From the NCBI GenBank assembly GCA_951406725.2, contig OX597833.1, positions 66,836,001 to 66,900,000 of the forward strand: 64,000 nucleotides of DNA, read 5' to 3'. Each line of letters begins with the position of its first letter. The stretch's first letter is position 1. This stretch comes from Octopus vulgaris (Eukaryota). The notes under the pieces are model-generated. The model was not told the origin of the DNA and made no database searches. It worked only from the letters and a program-made list of their open reading frames with translations. A program made the translations under genes and the position numbers. Positions 12,829 through 26,303 of this stretch are shown here, in pieces.

Positions 12829-13636
12829 GATAACAATAATAATAATAATAATAATAAGAAGAAGAATATTAATAATAATAATAATAATAATAATAGTATC
12901 AAATTGTTGCTTCAAGGCCATCAGTTGGAATTCAACTTCGGACTGGAATGGAAAAATAGAACGATAGCATTAGAGAATTAATTCTCATCCGTCCTTAACC
13001 TCTGATCAAACACCACCAGAGCATATAGTCATTATAAATATATTATAGTCATGCTATTTAACCGCGGAGGAGTGCGGCTTTTAACCTACTTTTATAATAA
13101 GGGCCAGCTTCGCACGATCGACTAATACCTTTTTAAGTTCTGTACAATAGGCTGAAATTATCACTACACGCGTTTCAATAATGAGGTTATTTATTTTCAA
13201 TATAATGTACATAGAAGCAATCCAGTGAATAAAAACTGTAGAGAAAACAAGGAGAATAAAGAGATATATTACGACAATAAATGAAATCCCCAATAAGATA
13301 CATTGAAGAAAATCGAAGCAGAAATTAATGAAGATTTCTATATTCTGTGAGGAGAATAGATTGCGTCTGTTGTGTTTGTTTAATAGGAAGAGTGTAATGA
13401 TTCGTTGTGGTTATATATATTTAGTGAAGATTTCAGACTCTGATGGCACGGCGGTGTAGAGATAACCTTTCACCTTATTGCAAGTTGACATCTTCACACT
13501 AAACGTTCACTAATGAAACACGGTGAAACAAAGATAAGAGAGTCTGGTTGTGTGTATGTGTGTATGTGTGCGTGTGTCTGTCTGTATGCACATTAATGGT
13601 ATTAATGTATTTATACATACGTGTCTATGTAGACAT

Positions 13637-13685
<49 letters not shown>

Positions 13686-13950
13686 CTAACTAACACATAT
13701 ATATATGGATATATATATAGATAGATATATGTATATATATATATGTATATATACACATGCATATATATGTGTGTATATGCATATATATGTGTGTGCATAT
13801 ATATGTGTGTGTGTGTGTGCGTGTGTTTGTCTGTATGTACATTAATGGTATTAATATATTTATACATACGTATCTATGTAGATATTATATATATATATGT
13901 ATTTATATATATACACATGCATATATATATATATGCGTGTGTGTATATGC

Positions 13951-14013
<63 letters not shown>

Positions 14014-14134
14014 AGCTGGAGTGTTTGTTTGTGTACATACACATACGAACGTTCATAGGGGAAACACAAATATTTGTTGGTGGAATACAGTATATCAGTA
14101 GAAGAGAAGAAAGAAATACGATCTAATGTGAATG

Positions 14135-14189
<55 letters not shown>

Positions 14190-14335
14190 GAGAGAGGAGA
14201 GAGGCGGAGGAAAGAGAGAGTGTGTGTGTGTGTGGAAGCGAGAGAATTGCATAAAGATTATACAGAAATAGTGTAGACAAGGAATGTGTTTGGTGGACTT
14301 GTGTCGATGTGTTTGCATGTGTGTCTATATACATA

Positions 14336-14484
<149 letters not shown>

Positions 14485-14526
14485 TATATGTGTATACACA
14501 TTCACGCACATCTTACAGGTATACGT

Positions 14527-14578
<52 letters not shown>

Positions 14579-14849
14579 AAATTAAAAGTTCATTTTTGTG
14601 TTAAGTTATATGAAAAGCAATTAACAAGAATTGTATTAACAGAGACTTCAAAGTTTTGTGTAAGCCAATACGAAATCGTGGCCGAGTTGAATCCGTCTTG
14701 GCTTTATATAGTTTTTGTCAAGTTTAAATATTCCGTTGAATGATTGTGTGCTAAAGAAGTACTGAGTGCAATTTGAACCCTGGTCGAAGATCATATTCGC
14801 TTGAGTGTATTGCATGGCATCTTGCATTACGTTTTATACTTAAAAGGAT

Positions 14850-15170
14850 ATAGCATGGATGTATACGTGTTGATCACTGGAGGGTGTGATTCCTCCTATT
14901 GAGACGTGCTAGGACAGGCTCTGTCTTGTGTCTTGTTTCCAAACGCAGGTCTTCTCAGTCACAAGTGTGGTCATGGGGTCAATTCTGTTTCCCAATGTCA
15001 TGTATGATATCCAGCCTGTTCGCTCGTGTACCTTGTGTAAAAGCGTGTGTGGGTAAGCCAGTGATTCCATGCGGAATTGTAAGTCCCCAGGTAGTAATGT
15101 AATTCCTTTGCAGGCCCCAGGAGCCTTGCGCAGCGTTATCAGCGATGGGGCGTACAAATTTGAGACGTCT
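14850..15170 (-). pseudogene. Possible decayed APE-endonuclease remnant of a LINE
   Basis: Ordered motif echoes across frames: YAP, ITLLPGDLQF (~IILGDFN), AFTQGTRANRLDII (~FT..SRLD), HDH (~SDH). Confidence 0.35.
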
Positions 15171-15256
15171 CAGAGTGAAATTAGTTTAGGAGATAATCTT
15201 ACTCGGCCACAAGTCGACTTCCACCATATGTATCACTCACTCACTGGCTCACTCTA

Positions 15257-15332
<76 letters not shown>
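15257..15332. repeat. (ATCT)n microsatellite
   Basis: Directly visible. Confidence 0.95.
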
Positions 15333-15333
<1 letters not shown>

Positions 15334-15924
15334 ACTATCTATTTATATACATAAAGCATCTCATCCTGTCTATCTCTCTGTCTGTCTGTCTCTCTCTTTC
15401 TCTATGTGTGTGTGTGTGTGTGTGTATGTGTATGCGTGTGTGTGTGTGTGTGTGTGTTGTGTGTGTGTGGGTGAGGTGGGGGTGTATGTATGTATTTAAG
15501 TAATCGCAATGCCAGTCTCCTCCACCGCCGGATTCAATACACAGCAAAACACCTTTCAGTTTTTTCTCGCCCTCCTTTCTCCAATCCCCATTAGGTATAG
15601 AGAACTCTTTGCTTTTTAGACGGCAGCACCTAGTTTAAAACACATTAACATTCAACATTAACTTTTAATGTTTAAACATCTACATTTAACGGAATATAGG
15701 AACATAACACACATTCCGTGAACGGAATTATTCCACTTTCGCTTTGTATGTTTCTAAATTTATTTTCTCGTGTATTTTCTCGGTGTTTCGCGAATTTCCT
15801 CACGGTGTGGCAATGTTATTGAAGCTGGAACGCTTGCCAGATCGAATACGGTACCCTATACAAATCCATCTGATTACTGCATTGTTCGAACATGAAGCTT
15901 CAAATAACATATGTTTGTAACAGT

Positions 15925-16265
15925 AGCTGCGTGGTAAGAAGTTTGCTTTCCAACCACGTGGTTCCGTGTTCAGTCCCAGTTCTTAGCACCTTGGGCAAGT
16001 GTCTTCTACAGTAGCTTTGGGCCGATCAATGCATTGCGAGTGAAATTGGTAGACGGAAACTTAAAGAAGCCTGTCGTGTATGTATCTCTGTATATATGTG
16101 TGAGTGTGTGTATGTGTGTATGTGGGTGTATTCTTGTGTATGTGTGTGTCTGTATTTGTCCCCCCGCTATCATTTGACAACCGATGCTGGTACGCTTGTA
16201 TCACCGTAAAATAGAGGTTCGGCAAAAGATATCGATAAAAGAAGTACTAGGCTTACAAAGAATAA
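15925..16265 (+). mobile_element. tRNA-derived SINE family B (CORE-like box, internal TA/TG microsatellite)
   Basis: gtggtaagaagtttgc..ggttccgtgttcagtccc..accttgggcaagtgtcttct..ggtagacggaaac..(TG)n..ttgacaaccgatgctgg..ttcggcaaaaga; same layout as 52546-52999. Confidence 0.8.
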
Positions 16266-16743
16266 AAGCAAAGAATATATAAAAAAGCGAAAGAAAATAT
16301 TCAATACTTAATTAACAGTTTTGTGTTAGCTGCACATATAAATAATTTAAAGCTTCCTGGATAGGTTTTGACACCTCCATATGAACAGAAACCAAAACGA
16401 TTCCGTTTAACAGATTTCTCTTGGTTAGCTCAGGTGACATGGTTTGCTAAACCGCAGATGTTATTCTCGGGTCCGCGTGCTCCCGGAGTGGATAAATAAA
16501 TAATAGAAGGTAGGAAGGATTCTGTCGCGAAAGAATTACCCCAGGCTGAAAAAGTAATAAATAAATGTAGTCGTATTTAGCGACATCAGAAAATAGAAAA
16601 TAAATAGCTGGTGTCGCTTACACAGCATTAATTAATATAGCACGCGACCTCATCTGACCAATGGAAGAAGCCATTTTGAAATTGTCTCAGACGTTTCGCA
16701 CCTCCCTTCGTTTAAGTCATACTGAGCGGAGTCAAGCTTACTA

Positions 16744-16794
<51 letters not shown>

Positions 16795-16865
16795 TAATCT
16801 CTGTCTCTTCCTCTCACTCCCTCCATCTCTCTCGCTCTCTCTCTCTTTATATATATATATATATA

Positions 16866-16978
16866 CTTTATTCAAAGCAGCAGAAAATTCAACAAAACCT
16901 GTTACTCTGAGTTTCCCGTTGCCGTTCGTCGGACAGTTTTTGCTAGAATGCCCATTCTAGCATTTATGTGTTTACTCC

Positions 16979-16980
<2 letters not shown>
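16866..16980 (-). mobile_element. 115-bp (TA)n-flanked element carrying a hammerhead-like motif (16899-16936)
   Basis: Minus strand: CTGT-CCGACGA-ACG-GCAA-CGG-GAA-ACTCAGAGT-A-ACAG; stem I CTGT/ACAG, GNRA-capped stem II, near-palindromic stem III, GUA site. Confidence 0.55.
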
Positions 16981-17038
<58 letters not shown>

Positions 17039-17939
17039 ATTATTGACGAAAATATTTTGGCAAATGAAATTTAAATGTTGCAGAGAATCTAACAGCTTTT
17101 GTGTGTTACAAACAACTTCCATGCTGGAATTGTTTTTGTTTCAGTACACGATCTTAGATCAGGTCACTTGCTATGCAAGTACATCTCCGCAATATATATA
17201 CATATATATATATATACATACATACATACATATATGCATGTATAAATGTGGCCAATATTTTTGCATGTGGTGCACGTAAGACCGTATAGATAGAATTTTC
17301 CTCAAATATGCCACATGAGCAAATTACATTTTATCATACCCTCAGTTCATTCACGGCGTAATTAATGGAAATTTTGTGTGGGTGAATGCGCGGAAGCGTG
17401 TCAGATTGTTTGTATCTGCAATTTAAACGACCCTTCTCGTCAAATATTGTATCCCATTTGCCTTGCTTCACGACTACTTTAAAGGCCCCTGTGTTTGCGA
17501 AAAAGCTCAACATACGCTTTTAAAGTATGAACATTTTACTGATATTGAAAAAGTGGATTATTACTTACTCATCGTCGCAAGACACGAAAGACCTTCACAC
17601 ATGCGTTTGAATCTATTTCTTCCTGTAATCTTTGAATTTCTTTCTCTGTGTTTATGCATCAATGTATGAGTAAACGTTGTGTGTATATGCGTATATACAT
17701 GTTTATATACGTATGTATTTATGTATATATGTACCTATGTATTTATGTATATATGTACCTATGTATGTGCGTATATATATATATATATATACATACACAT
17801 AAAGATGTATGCGTACAGGCACATACACATATACATTCAGACACGCACACATATTTACATGTGATTGCATAAATCATAGATATATATGTGTATATATATA
17901 TATACATATATATATACATGTATATATATACACATATAT

Positions 17940-17980
<41 letters not shown>

Positions 17981-18024
17981 CACATACATATAAAGATGTA
18001 TGCATACAAGCACATACACACATG

Positions 18025-18058
<34 letters not shown>

Positions 18059-18240
18059 CACACACACGCACACATATAGTTACATGTGGCTGTATACATC
18101 ATATAAATGTATATACACATGCGTATACACACAGACATACATATGTAATAAATTTAGGAATGTGTGTCTGTATGTGTGCATATATACATGTATGTATACA
18201 CACACACATACGCTCATATATATACATATATACATACATG

Positions 18241-18317
<77 letters not shown>

Positions 18318-18624
18318 ATACACATTTACATTTACATATATATACATATATATATTTATATACATATACATGAGATATATAGAGAGAGGGATGGAGGGGT
18401 GAGATGCAGAGATGAATAGATACACAAATGGATGAATAGAGAACTAGACAGATAGATAGACTGATTAATAGACAGATAGATAGATTTTCAGACAGACACG
18501 TACAGGTCTATGAAGTAAGCAAAGATAATTGCAGAATAAGAGTTAATGAAGCAGAGACTCGCCGAGACAAAACTGGAATTCTAAGACTGAAATTAAAAGT
18601 AAAGTACCTCTGTGATAAGACGCG

Positions 18625-18656
18625 GAGAAGAAGAAGAGGAAGAGGAAGGAGGAGGA

Positions 18657-18689
<33 letters not shown>

Positions 18690-19240
18690 GAAGAAGAAGA
18701 AGAAGAAGAAGAAGGAGAAGAAGAAGATGAAGAAGATGAAGGAGAAGAGGAAGATGAAGAAGATGAAGAAGAAGAAGAGGAATAAAAACAGGAAGGAGAG
18801 GAAGAAGAAGAAGAAGAAGGGGGAAGAAGAAGAAGAAGATGAAGATGAAGAAGAAGATGAAGAAGAAGAAGAAGAGGAATAAAAAGAGGAAGGAGAGGAA
18901 GAAGAAGAAGAAGAAGGGAAGAAGATGAAGAAGAAGAAGGTGAAGAAGGAGAAGAAGATGAAGAAGGAGGAGGAGAAGAAGAAGGGGAAGAAGAAGAAGA
19001 AGGAGGAGAAGGAGGAGAAGGAGGAGAAGAAGAGGAAGAAGAAGAAGAAGAAGAGGAATAAGAAGCGGAAGGAGAGGAAGAAGAAGAAGAAGAAGAAGAA
19101 GAAGGGGAAGAGGAGGATGAATAATAATCAGAAGACGAAGAAGAAGAGGAAGAAGAAGAAGCAGAAGAAGAAGAAGAAGTGTAATAATAATAATAATAAT
19201 AAGAAGAAGAAGAAGAAGAAGAAGATGAAGAGAGAGAGAG
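18625..19240. repeat. Compound (GAA)n/(GGA)n/(TAA)n purine-rich repeat
   Basis: Directly visible; higher-order motif gaggaataaaaa.aggaaggagaggaagaag recurs at about 18777, 18873 and 19053. Confidence 0.95.
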
Positions 19241-19647
19241 AGTGATTGATGGGTAGGTGAGAGAAGAGAGGGGCAAAATAGAGAGGTATAGAAAGTTTGA
19301 AAGAGAGAGATGGAGAGTCTTTGAGAATGATGGAATGGTTAATTAATCAGGTTTGAGAATATTTCTGTATGTGTGTGTCTGTGTGTGTGTGTGTGTGTGT
19401 GTTGCATAGGTGATATAGGCAGATTAAGAAGTGGTAAGGAGGGGGTAAAAGGTGAAAGTGTGTGTGTGTGTTAGATTGAGAGAGATAATTGTAAGGGTGA
19501 TATTTAAAATAGAGAGATATGCACGAAGACATACTGAGAGAGAGAGAGAGAGAGATAGAGGAGAGAGAGAGAGAGATTGGGTGTGTGATAGGAGAGATAT
19601 ATGGAGAAAAGTAAAGATCGGGAAGGCAGATGGAGAGAGAGGGAAAG

Positions 19648-19683
<36 letters not shown>

Positions 19684-19811
19684 ATAAAATTAGAGAGAGA
19701 AGAATATAAGGAGACAGAGAAGAATATAAGGAGACAGAGAGAAGAGATGAAGAAGAGAGACAAAGATGGAGAACATTGAAATCAGCAAAGTCAGATGCTA
19801 AGACATGGAGT

Positions 19812-19882
<71 letters not shown>

Positions 19883-20043
19883 CAGAAAAAGAAAGTGAGA
19901 GAGACAGATAGATAGAGAGAGAGAGAGAAATGTGAGAGACAGAGAAACAGACATAAAGGGAAGGAGAGAGGACGAGGGAGAGATAGATTGATAGACACAT
20001 AGATAGATAGACAGATAGATAGATAGATAGATAGATAGATAGG

Positions 20044-20074
<31 letters not shown>

Positions 20075-20112
20075 GTAGATAGATAGATAGATAGATAGAG
20101 AGAGAGGGGGGA

Positions 20113-20147
<35 letters not shown>

Positions 20148-21317
20148 TAAGGAAATCACGAAGAGATTCGAAAACCGAAAGATGCATGAAGGCAGAAGAC
20201 GGGAAAGATGCAGAAAGGTGCAGAAAGAGTGGATAAAATCGGTTGAAAACAGGAAGATGATGGAGGGGGGGGGCGATGAAAGGATAAACTAATCGATGTT
20301 CTCTGTCTTTGCCAACAAGACGTCTGGCGAAACAACAGCGAATATATTTATCCAATAAAATATTATCAGTATATTGCTTCGCTCATTAATTTTTCTTCCT
20401 TTCTTTTTATTCTATCGCAGCGGCCATGTTGCTTTTTTTATGCTTGCGATTTGAAAATTATTTGATATCAGTTTAGTCTGCAGCGGAGTCATGGTTTCCT
20501 TTCACTGAAATTCTTTCTTGGTGCCGAAAGGATGAAGCAGAAACCCCTACTGACATCCACGAAGGATCCCTTGTAACTCCCTAAACAATCATTGCGAGCT
20601 GTTTCAAATAATTTTAGCGGGGTTATACAACCGAATTTTCCCGTTCGTTTAGTTCCTGTGGCTTTACGTATATTAATCGACAAGGCTCCAGCATGTTTGT
20701 TCAAGGGTCTATCTTCATTGAGAGAGAAAGGGAGACTATGTATGCGAGTGAGTGAGAGAGAAGGGAGACAGACAAGTCAAAGGGCAAGAAAGAAGAATAA
20801 CCCTCTACGCTTGACTGGGATCATATTTGCCACGCAAATCTTATCCAATAAGGGTTAGATGATGAAGCAGAAAGCTGACGTCGGTAAGGCATTGTAATTC
20901 GGGAATGCATTCAAGTTAGGACTCAGTCGATTGACGAAGGGGATTCAGTTGTTTTAATCAATTGAATTACCTGCTCCTGATTGTACCAGATCGCACGCGC
21001 GCGCACACACAAATATAGATAGGACAAACCATGTGCCTAGTGACTGACGTTTGCCTGCAGACACAAGACAAGTCATAAAATCTAGCGAAACACGTGTCTC
21101 TATGGCCAGAAACTAGTAGCACTTATTATATTACAGGCTTTACTAAACGATATATTTGCAAATTTGTATTTATACTTTATGTATACACACATATACATAT
21201 ATATATGCATGTATGTATATATATGTATATGTGTATATATATGTGTATATATATTTATATATATATATATATATATATTTATGTATATATATATATGTGT
21301 GTGTATCTATATATATA

Positions 21318-21367
<50 letters not shown>

Positions 21368-22286
21368 CGCGGTACTTATTCTAACGGTTTCCTTTTTGCT
21401 GGATCACAAACTTACAGAGATGTAAACAAGCGAACTCTGGCTGTTTGCTGCTGGGGGGGTGGGGAAACGCACATTCATACATACATACACACAAACATAT
21501 AAGTATGTAAGTATGTATATAAATATACGTTGAGTTGGTTGTGGTTTGGTTCAGAATAAGATGGGAATCGCCTGGACTAGAATCAAGGAAACGAGTCTGT
21601 GTAGAATGACGCCAATTCCTATGGAAGAAGAATCAAGAACTGGTTTACTTAGAAACGGCAGAGAAAGAATTGATTCTGCAAACCAGTCACATAACAAAGA
21701 ATAAAACTCTTCGTTCAAGAGAATTGAATGAATTATTCTTTGTGAACTGCACCCGGCTTTACGAACAACCACAGAAAACATATATCACTGTCTGTCTGTC
21801 TGTCTGTCTGTCGTTTTCATTTTCTTTCTTTCTTTCTCTCCCCCCTCTTTCTCTGTATTTGTGTACACACACACAATTAGCTGACTTGATGGTGCAGATC
21901 ATGTTTCCTAATTGGTCACGGATGGAAAGGAGATGCTCCAGAATGGTAATTGCAGTCCGACCACTGAAGCAAGTATTAGAATAAACGAATCCGTATATGT
22001 TATGTATGCAAGTTTGTTTGTTTGCTCGTATGTATGTATGTATGTATGTATGTATGTATGTATGTATGTATGTATGTATGTATGTATGTATGTATGTATG
22101 TATGTATGTATGTATCTATGTATATATGTATGTATGAATGTATGTATGAATGTATGATTGTATGTATGTATGAACGTATATACACATGTATGTAAGCATG
22201 CCTGTTTGCATGTATGTATGTTTGCATGTCTGTGTATATATATGATAAACATCATATAGAATTGTAGAAATGAATACACACACATG

Positions 22287-22330
<44 letters not shown>

Positions 22331-23369
22331 GATATATAGATATATAGATATATATATATATGTATATATATATTTCAGTTGTATCATGCTAATAATTTCT
22401 GTCTGTTTTCCCAAAATGACAGCTAAACTACTTTTGAAAAGGTCAACCGTTAATAATCATTCGACGTCTTCATTACGCTTGGAAGATTAATATATCGAAG
22501 TTTTAATTATAATTATATTCGGCCATTGCCTAAAGATCGCCATAGTAGTCTTTAAAGGCCAGAGTTTTATTAATATCTTACCTGTGTGTATACGATGTCT
22601 ATCGTGACAATAGCGGAGGCTCTATTCATGGCCTCATCATTCTCATTTAACACAGTCGCTGTTCTTCTGCACCAATATCTTATAATTCTTGACCACACAC
22701 ACACACACACATACACACACACACTCTCTCTCTCTCACACACACGTGTGTGTGTGTGTTTTAACCTCATGAGTTTACTGTGAAGCACTCTGAATCATAGG
22801 TTGCGCCTAGACCCAAGGTTGACCATCACGATATGATGAGCCACTGGGTAAGTAGGATCGATGGGTCAACGCGTGATACATTTTGAATTGCTTGTCCCCT
22901 AGAGTATATGCAAATGAATTAAAATCTCTTCTGATATCTAATGAAAGACATATTAATTAATTAATTCTGTAGCCGGCTTTTATAATTAATATTCTTATAG
23001 AAGCATTAGAGCTAATGTTGGAGTTTGTAAAGCAAATAAGCCGGGGACACATTTATCACGGGATCAATTTTCGCGGGGATTGCAGTTTTTGATCTTCTGC
23101 CTGGAACCGAGTGTAATAATTCTTTATATACGTGTGATGAGGTCACTGCACTGCAATCATGTACATGACCATCACTACCGAGATTAACCATAGCAATTGC
23201 AATGTTTATTGTTCAGAACTCTTATCTAAGGATAAATACCAGATCTTCCATATCTAGAGACTATACACGAAGGAATGAAATCATTTCTAACAACTAATAA
23301 AGCAATTACTAATGGATGATAAAGTGTAATTAATTAATTAATTACTGTATTGATATATTATATTGGGGA

Positions 23370-23590
23370 GAGGGGTGATCAGCGGGCAGAAACGTTACTA
23401 CACCGGACAAACAGCTTTGCGACATTTCTTCCGTCTTTTCGTTCTGAGTTCAAATGTCGTCGAGGTGGACTTTGCCTTTCATGTTTTTCAGATTCTATAA
23501 AAGGAAGTACCAGTTGCGTATTGGGGACCAGCTATCGGCTGTGCCCCTCCCCTCAAATTTCAGGCATTGTGCCTATATTGGAAAGGATAT
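23370..23590 (+). mobile_element. Family A SINE monomer, type B tail
   Basis: gggcagaaacgtta..ttctgagttcaaatgtcg..aagtaccagttgcgtattgggg..caaatttcaggcattgtgcctata. Confidence 0.75.
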
Positions 23591-23953
23591 AATTTTCTGG
23601 GGAGATATCTTTTAATTGGTTCAGTTGACGGACTGCGGCCATGCTGGTGCACCGCTTTCAAATGTTTTAAGGCAAATAAATTAACCTTAGTACTTTATTT
23701 TTTTTTAAAGTCTGGTACTTATGCTGCACTGCTAAGTTATGGAGACGTAAACAAACCAACATTAGCTGTAAGGCGGTGTGGGAACAAACAATAACAGACA
23801 CACATATAGATACATATATATATATTTACATACACACATGAATACATAAAGTGGAACTGGGTGGAATTTGAACTCAGAACGCAAAGACGCTAAGTATTCT
23901 CCCCCGGTTGTTAACAATTCTGCCAACTCGCTGCCCTCGCGAGACATTACATT

Positions 23954-24370
23954 TATTTCTTCATTGCCCACAAGGGGCCTAGACATAGAGGGGACAAACA
24001 AGGACAGACAAACGGATTAAGTCGATTACATCGACCTCAGTGCGTAACTGGTTCTTAATTTATCGATCCGAAAGCATGAAAAGCAAAGTCGACCTCGGCG
24101 GAATTTAAACTCAGAACATAGCGGCAGACGAAACACCTATTTCTTTACTACCCACAAGGAGCTAAACACAGAGAGGACAAACAAGGACAGACAAACGGAT
24201 TAAGTCGATTATATCGACCCCAGTGCTTAACTGGTACTTATTTAATCGACCCCGAAAAGGATGAAAGGCAAAATCGACCTGGGCGGAATTTGAACTCAGA
24301 ACGTAGCGGCAGACGAAATACCGCTACGCATTTCGCCCGGCGTGCTAAAGCTTCTGCCAGCTCGCCGCCT
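23954..24370 (-). mobile_element. Family A SINE dimer with 17-bp TSD
   Basis: Two ~185-bp units; flanks tcgcgagacattacatt (23937-23953) and tcgcgagacattatatt (24371-24387). Confidence 0.92.
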
Positions 24371-25625
24371 TCGCGAGACATTATATTGAATACAAAAGTG
24401 TTAACAGTTCAAATAAGCTTGAAGCGAATTTGAATCTGTAAGAAAGCTATACACTGTATCTTGTCTTGGAGAAAAAATTCTCGCTGAAGACATTTTTGTG
24501 TAAACACGTTTTCATTGCGTATTTTGTTGAATGTATTCTGCAGCCTAACAGCAGAATGCCTTCCTATTAAATTGCCAAGAGTTACCAAGTGATAGCCGAG
24601 TTCCATTACACCATTCGGTAGTCATCTATACAGTTTCTGTCTCTCTAGTTCCACCAAAAACCGTGGGTCAAACCATGAAGACTGTCGCAGATATTTTCTT
24701 ATTTTGCCTCACGAAAGAATCGAACTCGCAGTGTCATGGTTACAAACTGGATTACCTCACCACGCAACCATTCATTCACATACACTTTATAATTTGCTAC
24801 TACCTTACTCTTTCATTCAATAAATAGACAAATATATAAAATTTAACACTCAGTGCTGTAGAGAGAGAGACAAAGATAGTGGACACACGTTGAGAACAGA
24901 TACCGAGGAATTTCAGCGTAACACCATACAATTTCTTGTATAGCTAACGGTGAATAATACCTTAAAAACCGAATTGATTGTACTTAAAGCAAAAGAAAAA
25001 CTGTAGCAGAATTTCGAAAGAAATAGAATTTATTGGCTACAGCGCCGCCTGGCATTGATTCGCTGTCAGTCGTATAATAATAGACGACTCTACGTGACTT
25101 CTTTCAAAACGCAGCGGGATAGTAAACACGTGGCTTGTGACAAGTATATAGATCTATACAACAGCAATGGCTTCCACGACATTCTGACAAGCGCTGTGAT
25201 AGAGATTTGCTATCCATAACAACTTAAAGTAGAGACGTTGTCGTAGACAGGCCAAAACACTAAGCTTGCTAATTTGGCATTTTTACCTACTTCTTCTTCT
25301 TCTTCTTCTTCTTCTTCCTCCGTTTACATCTTCTCCTTGTTTTGTTTTCTTTCTTTCTTCAACTGTCCTGATAACAGCGAATTCACTGTACGGACGCATC
25401 GGCATTCGGTGTGATAGACAATTCACAATCTCAATTTTAAAAACTCTATTGATGTTATTCACTTCGGAATAAATTGTTTCAATGCTGTAAATGTAACTTG
25501 CCACCAGCTGTGGTGGTTGTCGTTTAAGCATTCATACGCACGCATGCGCGCGTACAGGAACATGTATGTACGCATGCACGTATGTAGATACATAATCCCA
25601 CACAATGGCAAATATGAACACTGTA

Positions 25626-25699
<74 letters not shown>

Positions 25700-25752
25700 C
25701 ATATATATACATACGTACATACATGCATGCATACATACATACATACATTCAT

Positions 25753-25788
<36 letters not shown>

Positions 25789-25940
25789 CAGTGTCTATTT
25801 CTATGTATATTTATGATAAAAACATTTACATTAATCTGTTGGATTACATTATACTCTGTAGAGTACGAATTTATTATTCTTAAACAAAAACACTATTCAC
25901 AGTGACTTCGAAGTCACTATCAATAACATTCTTCTTTAAG

Positions 25941-25976
<36 letters not shown>

Positions 25977-26019
25977 GCTGGTCATTCAACCCTATTATCA
26001 ACCCTATTATCTCCCCTTA

Positions 26020-26281
26020 TTTCGCTCTCGCGTCTCATGTTTGATCTTTGACCTCTGGCCGGAATCAGATCGCCATGTTGATTCGTTAGTTACTGCACGC
26101 ATTTTTTTCTCTCCTTCTTTCTGTGTTTTTTTTCTCTCTGTGTATCTTTCTGTTGAAGAGCGTAGGCTCGAAACGTTAAAGACTTGTTTTATTTATATTT
26201 CCTGAGCGCCATACTAATACAATTGTTTGTTTGTTTTCCACCTGCCTTCGTCTTTTGTCTATTTTCATAAAGCTTCCCGTT
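26020..26281 (+). mobile_element. Short (TA)n-anchored repeat family C with hammerhead-like motif (26145-26182)
   Basis: TCTTT-CTGTTGA-A-GAGC-GTAG-GCTC-GAA-ACGT-T-AAAGA; near-identical reverse copy at 56073-56225. Confidence 0.75.
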
Positions 26282-26303
26282 ATATATATATATATATATA
26301 TAT

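Noticed and set aside
18593-19276. Ser-rich 227-aa and Lys-rich 106-aa ORFs
   Set aside because: Reading frames of a (GAA/GGA)n tract; no splice or codon evidence.
20385-20480. Strong-looking splice acceptor (polypyrimidine tract + cgcag at 20420)
   Set aside because: All three downstream frames stop within ~55 nt and no convincing donor was seen; a non-coding exon cannot be excluded.
21551-21781. Coding-like purine-rich stretch
   Set aside because: Frames are interrupted, with no recognisable family or splice boundaries.
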